Source: Calcarisporiella thermophila CBS 279.70
Taxonomy: Eukaryota; Fungi; Calcarisporiellomycota
DNA: 64,000 bases
Reading direction: 5' to 3'
Assembly: GCF_041956535.1 (NCBI RefSeq)
Contig: NW_027192191.1
Span: 738,152-802,151 of the forward strand
Shown: positions 14,895-26,986 of the stretch, piece by piece
Numbering within the stretch: position 1 is the first letter of the stretch
Layout of the letters: every line of letters begins with the position of its first letter
The notes under the pieces: generated by a model
Told to the model about the DNA's origin: nothing
What the model saw: only the letters and a program-made list of their open reading frames with translations
The model's database searches: none
Program-made: the position numbers and the translations under genes

Positions 14895-15680
14895 AGGGAG
14901 TTGTGGAGCAGGACTTTGTGTGAAGAACGGGAAGATGCTTTGAACACGGACTTTTCTTATTTTTATTTGTATTTATTTAGTGTTAGCTACTTATTCGGGA
15001 GAGTTTTGGCTTTCGCACAGGGACAATGCTTTTGTTATCACTATTTTTCTTTATAGGCAAATTTTTAATTGTGCGAGTCCATATACTTTTGTTGGTAGAT
15101 TTTTCTTTTTCTTTCTTTCCACTTAATATCGTTATGGAAATTTATAGTCAATTCCTTTAATTTTTTTTCTTGCAATTTTTCATCCCAAGTGTTATTTTAA
15201 GGCACCTTGTACTAAATTGCTCTCTTTTCCTCCTCGACTTTTCAATCCGACACTTGTGATTTTTAGGTACTCTTTTTGTAATTAATTTATTTTTTTTTGA
15301 CCAAGGTAAACCGGCTTTATAAACGAAACTGGAATTGCCATAGAGGTACACACTTTGCTTAATTGGTTGACTCTATGACCAAGATTTGCATTCAATGCCT
15401 ACCCGGAGATATTGCCGGCGGATAATGATTTTACCTGTGTCACTTTTGGTGAGTAGAAACAAATTCACAGTAAACAGATCATTGCATGTAACTTAAAGTT
15501 TAATAGAGACGTTAACTGCCAAAAAGAGACTGCACGAAGGAGATAGACCCGAGCAACCAGGAAAATAATCAAAAAGAAACCAAACACAATCGATTATCAA
15601 TAGTTTTTGAATATATATAATGACTAGCGCATCCAAACATAAACTTTCAAAATAACACAACCACTACACTTGGTTAAGAT

Positions 15681-17069
15681 ATGGGTGAAAACACTCTACG
15701 TTCTGGATCGGGTCAATACAATGTCACGATAGGGGTTCAGCAAGAGGCTCCTGCAAATTCAGAGGATATAACTCATATTGGATATCCACCGCCTCACAAA
15801 TCTATGAGACTTAACAGATGCCACGCCATTCCGCTAATTTCTATAGCTATATCCTACATTTCTTTTATCCTTATTGGAATTAATGATGCCGGGTTAGGAG
15901 TGCTGCTCAAGAATATGAAGCAGCACTATCTGGTCGACGATGCACACATCGCGCTTATTTTTGTATTCAACCTCATTGGCTTTCTGATTTCTTCTTTAAG
16001 TGCGGGATTTTGTATTCAAAAACTTGGGATTCGGTGGTATCTTGTTGCGGGGCATAGCTTGTTTTTAATTGCCACGCTGGCAAATGGCTTTGCACCTCCA
16101 CTTGTCTTGCTTTTATTTATCATGCTAGTTTTGGGTGGATCGATCGCCAGCATCGATGCCGGATTCAACGCGTATATTATAGGCTTTAAGAATAGCACGA
16201 CATTACTTGGATACTTGCACGCATTCTATGGGATAGGTGGGTGGGTGGGACCTGTGGTAACATCTAGTTTGATCGCACAGAGACATCTCTTATGGAATCA
16301 TGTATATTTTCTATGGACAGCGATGTGTGGTGTATCACTGATCCTAATTCTGACACTGTTTCGCGAGCATTCCGATTTACAAAATGTCAAAATTAAAGAA
16401 ACAATTGGGCATCCTCCTTCAGGTGAAATGAGTGTTGGGACTCAAGCTAAACGGAAAATTACTCTCACTATATTTCGCAACAAATTCGTCTGGTGGAGCT
16501 GTATCACTTTTCTTGTTTATATGGGAATCGGCGCAACGATAAGTAATTGGATGTTTTCTTTTTTCGTTGAATCTCGTTCTTTCACCGAGCTGGTGGCCGG
16601 CTGGATGATAAGTATATATTGGATTGGAATGACAGCGGGGCGCATCATAACGGGTCACCTCGCGAACAGATTGGGTAGAATGCGAAGCATTTTTATCGGA
16701 TATGCTCTCTGTTACGCCGGCCTTGCAATCGCTTGGGCTATACGGTACGAGGTTGGCTCAGGTGTAGGGATGTTTTTAGTTGGATTCGGACTTGGACCTG
16801 CGTATCCAATAGCCATTTCTGTCATAATCTCTATGCTACCTGAATACCTAAGACCGGGTTCAATCGGATTTCTAACCAGCGCTGCCTGCGTGGGTAATGG
16901 GCTTCTCTCCTGGCTAGCAGGTTATATATATCAAAATACTGGAAGAGAGTCGTTGATGATATATTTAACCGTTGGAACGGGGGTCAGTTTGATGGGATTT
17001 ATTGGATTGCACCTCTATAAGGTTAGAAGTAAAAGCGCAGAACATATTGAACAGAACTCTACGTCCTAG
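15681..17069 (+). CDS. MFS transporter (FucP/Bsc6-like), intronless
   Basis: 462-aa ORF with about 12 hydrophobic segments. Motifs IDAGFNAY, LHAFYGIGGWVGP, GRIITGHLANRLG and GLGPAYP. Confidence 0.9.
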   Translation: MGENTLRSGSGQYNVTIGVQQEAPANSEDITHIGYPPPHKSMRLNRCHAIPLISIAISYISFILIGINDAGLGVLLKNMKQHYLVDDAHIALIFVFNLIGFLISSLSAGFCIQKLGIRWYLVAGHSLFLIATLANGFAPPLVLLLFIMLVLGGSIASIDAGFNAYIIGFKNSTTLLGYLHAFYGIGGWVGPVVTSSLIAQRHLLWNHVYFLWTAMCGVSLILILTLFREHSDLQNVKIKETIGHPPSGEMSVGTQAKRKITLTIFRNKFVWWSCITFLVYMGIGATISNWMFSFFVESRSFTELVAGWMISIYWIGMTAGRIITGHLANRLGRMRSIFIGYALCYAGLAIAWAIRYEVGSGVGMFLVGFGLGPAYPIAISVIISMLPEYLRPGSIGFLTSAACVGNGLLSWLAGYIYQNTGRESLMIYLTVGTGVSLMGFIGLHLYKVRSKSAEHIEQNSTS

Positions 17070-17998
17070 ATTCATTTAGCCACTGCGTTAATTGTAGAAT
17101 ATATATTTTTAAACTTGATTTTACTCAATAAAGGAGAGGGAACTAATGTACATACAAAGCAATAAAAAATCCTAGTTCCAGATTACCACATTATTCAAGA
17201 ATACAGGTATATATTTTATAAGCTTTATCTAAACTATATCAACTAAACGATATTTGCATTAGTCAAACTCTCTCTTTGAATTCATCCAGCTAGAGGCAAT
17301 GGTATTTTTCGCAAGCTCCACCAAATAATGGGATACCCAATGTTTAAGAAGAACTCTATTGATTATTTTTAAAGCATCTTGGCCTTCTTTTGAGTCAACT
17401 TTTCTCTAACTTCCCCCAGAAATTTGAAAACACAAAACCATAAACACTAGATACGAACATAAATTTCAATTTAAACTTGCCTCAAATCCAGCGCCTCATT
17501 CCCAAGAATAGCTGATTCACCTACGAGATATTCCGTTGATAGAAATTTAGACTAACCTTTGGTGTGCATACATTACCCCATATCTCACCTACAGTATCAT
17601 GTTGATGTATAAATTTTGTTCTTTTGAAGAACCCTCCAGTTTTCCATTTTATTTGCAAATATTTGCCCTAAATACAATATATTGCCCCGCACTTGTGGTT
17701 TTGCAATCTAAAACAAGTAATACGAAATTAAAATAGCTATTCATTGGAATTCGAGGGATACAGCAGAAATTGCTGCAAGGCCTCGTGAAAAATGCTTTTG
17801 TCCATGCGGGGTGATATCCTTCTTTAGGGAATGCAGTAAGCTGTTGGAATTATCCCTATTAAAATAATCGGGGTTCTAGTAACGGAAGAAAAAAATGACA
17901 AAAAAAAATAATCAAAGAGCAAACGCAATAAATGATATTTCAAAATAAAGAAAGAAAAATCTATAAAATATTTCACAATAAATATATAAAAAGCTCCA

Positions 17999-19147
17999 CT
18001 AAATGGAAGCCGCGCACCCATAATCAAAACGAAGGCGGTGGAAATGCAACGTAGCCAAATAGTGATACTAAAGAAGAAAATCAATAGAGGAAATTAGCGC
18101 GGAACTGAAGAGCGGTCGCCAGGCATACTCACGAAGATTCCCAACATGACAAACACATGCCATATTGCGTGACTTGTCAACCCTGGGTAATCAAATAGAC
18201 CAGGCCAGAACTTCTCAGGGAATCGATGTCCGTAAAAGATCACACCAACAATATATGCAATGACACTCCAAAGGAGCGGTGCGAGGAATTGGAAAGTGGG
18301 AGCCCATCCACGAATTGAGGCCATATGGGCGAGCGGTACCAACCCTCCCAAGCCTGCCAAAGAGATGAAAAGAAAAATCCGGAAGGGGCGGTATTTGTGT
18401 GTATCGAAAAATTTGAAAAACTGGGGGGGGGGAAACATCAAAAGTTAAGATGATCATAAGCAAGCGAGGACTGTAGATAAATATGGGCAATAGACTTACC
18501 GGAAATACTAAAGTGCTCATCCCAAGAATGGCAGTGAGTCCCATGTAGAAATTGCGAGTTGAGTCCTCGCAATAAAACCCATAATAAATTTTGGTCAGAA
18601 GACTCGCCGTGATAAGCAATCCTATTCCAACATAATCAAATGTCGCAGCACATTTGGCTACTGCCGGCTTGGAGTGGCACATCAGAGTATGGTAGAGGGT
18701 CGAACATAACAGGCACTTCAATGCAGCAACAAAGAAGAAGGATACCACCAATCTATCCGCAAGCAGAGATCCAGTCAAATGATGAGGGATTGCATAGATG
18801 GCAAGGCCGAGAAAGAAAAAGAATCCTAAGAGATGGGTCCATATATTGCATGTTTCGTTGTGGACCATGAAAATGCTCTGAAAGCATTCTCGCATTGTCG
18901 AAAAATGCCGATAGCCGCGACGCACATACTGGTTCTCCTGCCATTCCCGGGGAAGTTCCTCAAACTTGAGCAGTCGCCTGGCCGCGCGCTTACCTGCGGT
19001 AACCGCATCTCCGACGGTCTTATCAATACAATTAACGAGATTGCTTGCGGCCACAGAGGCCGAGGCAGCTGCGTGTGCAAAATGGGGATCTAATACGGTG
19101 GTAGATGCTCTTCGTTGGTGCAGAGTAGCTGCGGAATTGAACACCAT
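17999..19147 (-). CDS. PAQR/IZH (haemolysin-III family) membrane protein, 3 exons
   Basis: LPREWQENQYVRRGYR, HNETCNIWTH, STLYHTLMCH, DYVGI, FPEKFWPGLFDYPGLTSHAIWHVFV. Last exon YHYLATLHFHRLRFDYGCAASI*. Confidence 0.93.
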
Positions 19148-19811
19148 TCTCGACAGAGTAGGGAAATCAGCAATTAATTGAGCGGAACTAACAAAACTGG
19201 AGCCTGGGGAATTAAAGAGATATCGGAGGAAAATAGGATATCTGAGGAATAATATCAAAAAGGGAGGGGGGTAAGCAAGCCAAAGCAATGATTGTAAAAA
19301 AGGATGGGGGAAGTCTTAACTAAAATTTGAAAGATATGAGAAAAATATTGATCTATTCGATAGAGAAAAAGTGGTACCGTCGTACGAAATCTCATAGCCC
19401 ACTGATATGCTCCTTTGGCTACACACTACAAATTTAGTGGAGTTCCGAATAGACCCCTCCCTTCGGCATGAAAACAGCCGCAGCCATTTCTCTATGCATA
19501 TTCTCCTGGTGCACTAGGATTTATCCCCTGCCATATGCGACTGGAAGACTCCGGATGCTGAGAGAAGCTACCATTTAAGGCTAACGAATAGGATACCCGT
19601 CTGTTTCCACAAAACTTTTCCAAAAGTGAAGTGTGCTATTCCTAAGTAGGTGGTGGAGTGCTTGGTTGGGGCACGTGAGACAAGCCACGGAAGTCACAGC
19701 TAGGACGCCCTTCCATTGTGGCGTCTAGTTTACATCTTGTTTAGTGTAATATAAAAAGCCTTTGACAGCTCAGTGGCATTTTCTTCATACTAGTTTTCGT
19801 TTTCTACAAAG

Positions 19812-20127
19812 ATGTCTTCTAAATATAATCTAAAGCACCAAGAAAAAGTCCAGCCCATAGGTAATTTCTGCATCATTATCCACCTTTCGCGTCAATTGTT
19901 TTAACCTGCTATTCATCTTGAAAGGCCGTGAACCCAATAGTGCCGCCGTCTTTCACGCGGGACCTCGTCATGACGAGGAAAACACTATGCTAGATCCTTC
20001 GCTCAGCCAATTGAACCAGAAGGGCGAAACTTGGCAGGACAGCGGGGTGACCAACCCCCCTGGCGATAATCGTGGAGTTGTAGGAAAACCGCAGAAAGAT
20101 TTTGAACAGTCAAAGCAACAGAAATAG
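19812..20127 (+). CDS. Small hydrophilic protein (2 exons), unknown function
   Basis: ATG 19812 (MSSKYNLKHQEKVQPI), GT-AG intron about 19861-19924, then in frame GREPNSAAVFHAGPRHDEEN...QQK*. TATA-like ATATAAAAA near 19750. Confidence 0.7.
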
Positions 20128-20207
20128 AACCACATGCAGACGTTCAGAGCACCAATATATTAGAAATCGTGTAAAGTTTAACTTGTACAATAATAAATAT
20201 CTGTTGT

Positions 20208-21345
20208 CTACAACTTGGGCTCGAAATCAAGAAGCTTCACGCCTAACAACATTTCGAGCTTTTCTAGAGCTTCTAACTCCCGCCCAAGTGTCACTCCTTT
20301 ATGCAAGTATAACAATGTCACTATTAATTGAAAATACAGGTTTTTCGAATAAAATTACTCACGAATAGTTTGCATCCCAAGTTCACGGGCAGCTTTAAGA
20401 TTCCTATTAACGAAAGTAGAACTATTTAATGCTCATCTATCACTATCATGAATAAAAGGTACCTATTACATTCCGATATCATCCAGGAATACCACCTCAG
20501 AAGGTAGAAGATTCAGGGCTTTGCATGCGTGTAAATAAAAATCGGGGCTAGGTTTTCTAGAAAAATATTTCACCCGATGTTAAATCACATATTTGAAATG
20601 TGCAAGGCACCAAGATAGATTTAGTGTATTCGGCATACCTTAATCCAACTACTGAAGATTCGAAGTAGGCATCAAAATTTGCTTTCAACGATTTTTCATG
20701 CGACACGTTTGTTAGAGGGTAGTTATTGGTTAGGGCGGCAACCTTGAATCCTTTTTCTCTTAGCCTCCTAATAGCACTTAAATAACCTGGATTTATCCGT
20801 AGAGCCTCCCTCATCATCTGGGTAAATAGCTCCTCTCCGTCAATATGGATTTTTTCAGGAATGGTCACATTTCTAAGATTCCTTCGCTGAGCGTAAACAC
20901 GGTAGTAATCCACATTAGCAGGATCAGATAATTCAGCACCAAAGAGAGAATAAAACTCTTCGAGTTGAAGTTCGCCCCGTTCCAAGCGCTAGTGGATGAG
21001 TGAGTCAATCTAAAATGAATTGCTGAAAATAAAAAAAAAAATGTAAATTCATACTTGGAAAGCACCATTTTCGCGCGAAGCTCTTAAAATTCACAAGAAA
21101 TAAAACGAATAGGTATGAGAAACAAAGAACAAGAATCAATGATATAAGTATACTGAATCACTTACATCGCGACATTAATATAATTCTTAGGCAATCCATA
21201 TTTCGTTTCATATCTTTTATATTAGTCGTTAGCTTTTAAACCTAACCATGCTTATCAAAAGTCATCAAGTATACTTTGCAATCCCTGTGAACGGCGAGCC
21301 ACAAACCACGCCTCCAATGTCGAATATAACTGCTTTGATATTCAT
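20208..21345 (-). CDS. HAD-superfamily hydrolase (soluble epoxide hydrolase N-terminal/ACAD10-like), multi-exon
   Basis: MNIKAVIFDIGGVVCGSP (motif I), AALTNN (II), ESSVVGLRKP (III), FLDDIGMNLKAARELGM (IV). Ends ...LDFEPKL*. Confidence 0.9.
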
Positions 21346-21769
21346 TATTTCCTCTAACAATGTATATGATGGTTCTGACTGTTCTTCAGAACTAGGTATC
21401 GACTTTAGAGACTGAATCCTCGTGAAAGAAATCATGCGTGACTTTTTTTTCTCAAGACAGATTTCATTTATTCGATCGTTCATATGAGAAGCTGAATTGT
21501 GCGGCAGAATTAAGAGATAGGTAGCCACAGGGAGCTTCGTTCTTTCATTAATAAATTACAATGGCAAATTGTCATTTAACATCTCATCAAACTTGAGTTC
21601 TCATTTTGACCCGAGCGCGAAATATTAATCCTTTTTTTTTTTTACTTTTGAGCATATAAATATTACAAATAATATAGAACAATAAGCCGCTATACTAGGA
21701 AAAGGCATTAACTTTTGCACCGTCCGTCACGAGGATCAATTTAAATGGAAAGGCTATAACCAAAATATT

Positions 21770-23088
21770 TTACAAAAGGCCACACTCACGCAGAGCGGAC
21801 TGGATCAGAATGTCGTTAACGGCATTCATAATACCTCTCACCTGTTGAGTATCAGTTGCACATGTAAAGTGGGCGTAAATCTTTATACATAAATGATAAG
21901 GAGACAGATTTGGTGAATTGGTTCTATCCTTTAGAACTTACCTGCTTGCTCTCCGATTGATTTTCAGCAGCAAATTTATTCAGGAGATAGTCGCACGCTT
22001 GATCGTAGTCAGCTCCTCCAACATAATCGGGAAAAGAATTACTAAGAGGCGTGGCCTGAAGTTTCTCCCGGAAAAGATCGATTTTATTCAAGAAGAGTAT
22101 GATGGACGTATGGACAAACCACCTAAATAAGGATGGGTTAATTGTCCAGAGCTATTCTTTAAGTCGAAAGCGCTTATTACCTTGAATTACAGATGGATCC
22201 AAAGAGAGTTAGTGATTCGGTCATACGATTTGCACTTTCGTCCTCTCGAAGACGCTGATCATATTCTGACAAGGCAACCAGAAAAATAACAGCTGATACA
22301 TTTTCGAAACAGTGGATCCATTTCTTGCGCTCTGACCGCTGACCACCGACATCGAACACGCGATAAACAATATCACGCACGTGGAAGGTTGCCTCCGTAA
22401 TCCCTGTGGTTTTGACGCGCGACCGAAGAACATCTTGATCAGTTGGAATGTAGTTGGGCTGAGCAATCCGGTCAATCGAATCAAAATAACTATTAAAACA
22501 CGCATCCCATGGATAAATAAACCTAAAATTATCTACACTATTAGCTATTGAACTCACTATCTTGCGGAATCATTTAATTGGTATTCGCGACTTCTCCTCT
22601 GGCACTCTCGTACCATAGGATCCCACCATAATTCTCTAATGGCTAGCGCAATTTCTGGTGGCATTGTCTCATACTCCATCTGATACATTTCAGCAGAAAG
22701 TATTACATTGGCATGCACTTTATTCGCGGGATTGGCAAGAGTTAGACCCATGTCCTGCATGGCTTCAAGGATGACCCGCATAGACTGGCATGTATTGATA
22801 AATATAATCTCGCGGAAACTTTCACGCTCTTCACGCGAATAGCTTCCCTCATTGATTAGCTTAAACTGCTTAAGTATAGTGGATTTTCCGCTTTCCCCAG
22901 CACCTATCAATTTAGTAGCAAAACTGTATGAATCGAAAGTCAACATCAACTCATTCAATTTGATGTTTACCAAGTAGAAGCAATTTCACTTCATTATTCA
23001 TTTTGACTCGGTCGCGTCGCAACTGATTCTCGATCTCATTGTTGCGGCGGTTTTTCTTTTTCAACTCAGAACTCAGACAACAACCCAT
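21770..23088 (-). CDS. Heterotrimeric G-protein alpha subunit, group I (Gi-like)
   Basis: N-terminus MGCCLSS (myristoylation/palmitoylation), [38 protein letters not shown]-terminus ECGLL*. Confidence 0.97.
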
Positions 23089-24016
23089 TTTAGAGAGGAA
23101 TCGTAAGAATAAATAAAATGATATATAAACTGCAGCAAATAGAATGGAAACAAACAGTGGATGAAAACGAATGAATGGAGGAAGTTATTCGTAATATATA
23201 AGAGGAGATATTTTTAAAAGTGGTGGCAAAGCAATGAATTAAACAGGTCGAAATTTAACCAGTTTATTAGGGTGAAAGAGCTCGGATTGGATTTTCGATC
23301 TGCCACAGTTGGGCAATACTACAGAATCAGACAAATCTCGAGAACTATAGGATAAAATAGGCAAGTCCACCTCGAAAGCTTTTTCACCCATGAAAGGAAT
23401 GCAGGAAATCGTGGGCAATGAGCAAATTTACTTGGTTCTTACAACGGGGCTGATATGCAAATATGAAATAGATGATGCATCCGGAGAATATACAACGAAT
23501 TTATTTTTCAGGAACGTAAGAAACTCGGACTTTCCAAGAAAAGAAACATAAAACAATTAAGGTAATTAAGCTTGCAAATTAATACTGTCAATTGCGCAGA
23601 TATTGTATTGAAATGTCACCCGGTGGTCTAATTTCCCTCGCACTAACACAATATTTGATATAATAAAATTCACCGGGAGTCTTTTTCTACCAGATAAATA
23701 AAAGCAAGCACGACATCCTCATGAATCTTGATTTTATTTTATGCACAATATTTTTTGTAAAATTAAACAGGTCACCATAATAAGAATTATTGTTATAACC
23801 CATTGATGATCATCCGTTACCCACTTAATCAAATTAATGGCGGTTGATTAACAGTCGAAGCTCTTTCAGACTTCAAATAATCAAGATTTTCAAAACATAA
23901 TTATGATAGATTGCAAAACGATTAAACTTCATAATATAAAAATATTAAATATGAACAATAATCCAGCCTCTATATATGAGCACACAAACTAATGCATAAT
24001 ATGTCGATTATTCCAT

Positions 24017-25807
24017 TCAATTATACCAGGAACCGCGCGCTGATCCATCGGCGGTCAACCCAACCTCTATGCCTTTTTGGATGAATTCATCCTGTGCATC
24101 ATGGAGCGTCCAATCTCCCTGTCTATCGCCTCTGAGATCTCGCAGCTCTTTTATAGATTGCACCCACTGTAAAATATCCTCCTTCGAATAGACCGTCCAT
24201 TTGGCTTCCTCTAGTAACTGCCGTAATCGGGCAGGATGAATTGCCGCTCCACAATACGTGTTTCTCCAGCAGATCGTAAGAAGCAGCCAGCCAAAGATTT
24301 CTTCTTGGAAGGGAAGAGGCAGATCCCACTGCTCGACCCATAAGGGAATCTCAAAAGCAGCCCAGTTCTCCGCACTCCAACGGTGAAAATGATCGAAGAG
24401 GTCAAGGTGCGTGCGAGTAGAGCCAAACCGTCTCAGTGGCTTAATATTTCCTAATGCAGCAAGCAACAAATAACGTATCCCTGTCGCCAAAAGATTTCCC
24501 CAGGCAATCGCGGTAGCTCCTGTAGATTCCGTTGCAGCCCATAATGAAATAGCAAGTCCAGCAGCACCAAAAGTCCAACCAACAATGACGATCAACCAAG
24601 CCAAAGGTAAGCGGACACGCAAAGCTCTGATGCCTGGGGACAATGCAGCATGATTACAATGCCACCATCGACTAATCTTGCCAGTCGCCTTCGATCGTGC
24701 AATAGCCAAGCCAGTAGCACCTCGAGTTGGTATAAGCAGGTTATTTGTCGATTGCAACACGACAGCCGCTTTCCTGTTAGGTTGAGCTGTGTATAAGAAT
24801 TCCGACAGATCAGCCACCAACAAGGGTGTGGGCAGCGTCTCCAAAGCAACCCAACAGGCAAGCCCGACTCCGAAGGAAAGCAGCACAGAACCAACCCCAA
24901 CGGCCCATAAAGGACCACTACTAATAATTAGTGCTAATATCCAGACTATGATGCCTTGAAGACAAGCCCAAAAGGCAACCCAACTTCCACCGATGAAAAC
25001 ATGGACTGCGGCAGCGGATATGACAGTTTTCTTACTCCTGGCTTTTCCAGAACGCAGTTGCATCCACCACCTCTCGTGGCTATATGTCCAAGAGTCTAGA
25101 GAAGACGAACGTACAGACCTGGATGGATCGGCCAATGGCCTCACAGTCCATTTTTCTCCGTCCCAAGTCACACTTTCCCAAGTTAATTCAGCTTCCGAAT
25201 GGGCCATGCCAAGATCCCAGTATAGGCGGGCGCCAGCCATGTCGATAGCATAGGCAGGACAGTTTGAAGCAAGAAGGTGTATCTGAGCCAATTCAGCACC
25301 AATATTCCCAAGCACTCCGAGGCCAACCCTCAACTGCCATCCACCTCCAAGTGTAGCTCCACAAAGAAGCGTTCCAATATACGCGTTTAGCACATTGTAA
25401 CTTGCTCTTTTCACAAAGCTATTTCCTAGTGCTCCTACGATAGGAGCAATCCAGCTTGCACGGTCAATAATCGGGCCAGGAACATTACCATCAGCTGCCA
25501 GAGACATTTTGGGTATCTGGGCAGCAAACAACGTTTGAATCGCTACTTGCCACCAATTTGTTAAGCCAATAAAGGAAGAAACTGGAAAACTATCATGAGA
25601 AGGATGACTCGAAATGTTAGGACTGGTAGCATAATGTGTTATGAATCTAATTAGTTCAGAGAATTGTGCAGCATCCATTGCTATTTCCTTGCGCACCGAC
25701 CCCATAACCAGCGTCCTTTTCTTTTTTTCTGCACTCGAATTGCGGGAGCGAGAAAACAAGGACAATAATAAACGCCAACGCAAATTGAAACATGATGGGC
25801 TGCTCAT
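24017..25807 (-). CDS. Orphan multi-pass membrane protein, intronless (true start may be the Met of MGSVRKE or MDAAQF)
   Basis: Uninterrupted 596-codon ORF in AT-rich flanks, with several long hydrophobic Gly/Trp-rich segments. No family recognised. Confidence 0.8.
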   Translation of the reverse strand: MSSPSCFNLRWRLLLSLFSRSRNSSAEKKKRTLVMGSVRKEIAMDAAQFSELIRFITHYATSPNISSHPSHDSFPVSSFIGLTNWWQVAIQTLFAAQIPKMSLAADGNVPGPIIDRASWIAPIVGALGNSFVKRASYNVLNAYIGTLLCGATLGGGWQLRVGLGVLGNIGAELAQIHLLASNCPAYAIDMAGARLYWDLGMAHSEAELTWESVTWDGEKWTVRPLADPSRSVRSSSLDSWTYSHERWWMQLRSGKARSKKTVISAAAVHVFIGGSWVAFWACLQGIIVWILALIISSGPLWAVGVGSVLLSFGVGLACWVALETLPTPLLVADLSEFLYTAQPNRKAAVVLQSTNNLLIPTRGATGLAIARSKATGKISRWWHCNHAALSPGIRALRVRLPLAWLIVIVGWTFGAAGLAISLWAATESTGATAIAWGNLLATGIRYLLLAALGNIKPLRRFGSTRTHLDLFDHFHRWSAENWAAFEIPLWVEQWDLPLPFQEEIFGWLLLTICWRNTYCGAAIHPARLRQLLEEAKWTVYSKEDILQWVQSIKELRDLRGDRQGDWTLHDAQDEFIQKGIEVGLTADGSARGSWYN

Positions 25808-26986
25808 ATAATTTCTTCAATTTTGCAACTGAATAATAGGAAAAGAACGAATGTCGCTTTCTTTTATTCTTACATAAAGCACGTGTTACGTACAGTCTCT
25901 CAGGAGAATAGAGTTTGTAAAATTTTAACAAGTGAGATAAGGAGGGACGAACTTGAATAGCCACTGGGCTTGTAGAATATTCTCGGGTACTATATCAATA
26001 CTGATCACACCAAGCCCAAGCAAACCACAAGTACATCTGCATGTGTCTTCTTTTGCCGAGCCTTAACTTTAAGGTTGGTTCCGTGAGGAAATTTTTCTAG
26101 ATTGAAATTCAGGTATATATATTTTATCCAATGCCTAAAGATGATAGAGCTAGATATGCGATACGTTTATATGTACAAAGGACCACAAAAATTCATATAT
26201 AGGAGATATAAATATTTATTTTAGCAACCTCCAAGGAGTAAATATCCTTACTAAACATATAGTTCTCATTCCTTTTTTATTGTAGCACCCAGCTCAGGGT
26301 AATAACTAAAGTTAGGTTAAACTTCGATTGAACGGTTGATACATTTTAGTTTTAATTTCACTCCTACATCTTTCAGGTATAGATATAGTATTTTATCCAA
26401 GATATGTTTCTGCTACTTCAAATATAAGCGAAACTTGTTTAAATGTAATAAGTTTTTAATTGTAGCCTAATGTGAAGAGTTTTCCATTAACGTGTAATAG
26501 CAGGAATAATAGAAGTTTAAAAGAAGTGCCAATTTAAATTTCGTACATCAAAATTATACTTGGCGAAAATGAAAAAAAAAAGCGAAAAAGAAAACAACGC
26601 ATTCCTTTGGCCACAGGCGATGGAATGTTTTATAATAAAAGCCAATAAATTGTTGTGCTTGAGATGATTTTTCAAGTACTTAGTGCCAATTGACCACATC
26701 CTTGGCTTGTTTACTTTCTTGATGCCTTTGTTTTCATTTATATACGGTATTTTTAATAGCTTCTATGCGTTTCTAACCGTCCTCTTACGCTTGTGATGAC
26801 CTACTGCCAGCATATTCCTGGATTAGCTGCTTCTCCTTTGCATTGAGTTCCGATCAAGTCCAAGAAGTAAAGGAATAGGAATTTAGATCCCCAACTATGC
26901 TGATGCAAAACTCTTCTTCAATCTGTGGCGCGACGAAAAACATATCTCAGCCAATGTAAATTAAGGTTAGCTTGAAATAATCAAAA

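Noticed and set aside
17260-17600. Exon-like fragments with splice signals on the - strand
   Set aside because: Could not be joined into a coherent ORF with plausible intron sizes. At most a gene relic.
26059-26068. U12-like branch sequence CCTTAAC
   Set aside because: No matching GTATCC/ATATCC donor. The introns reconstructed in this window have ordinary GT-AG U2-type ends.
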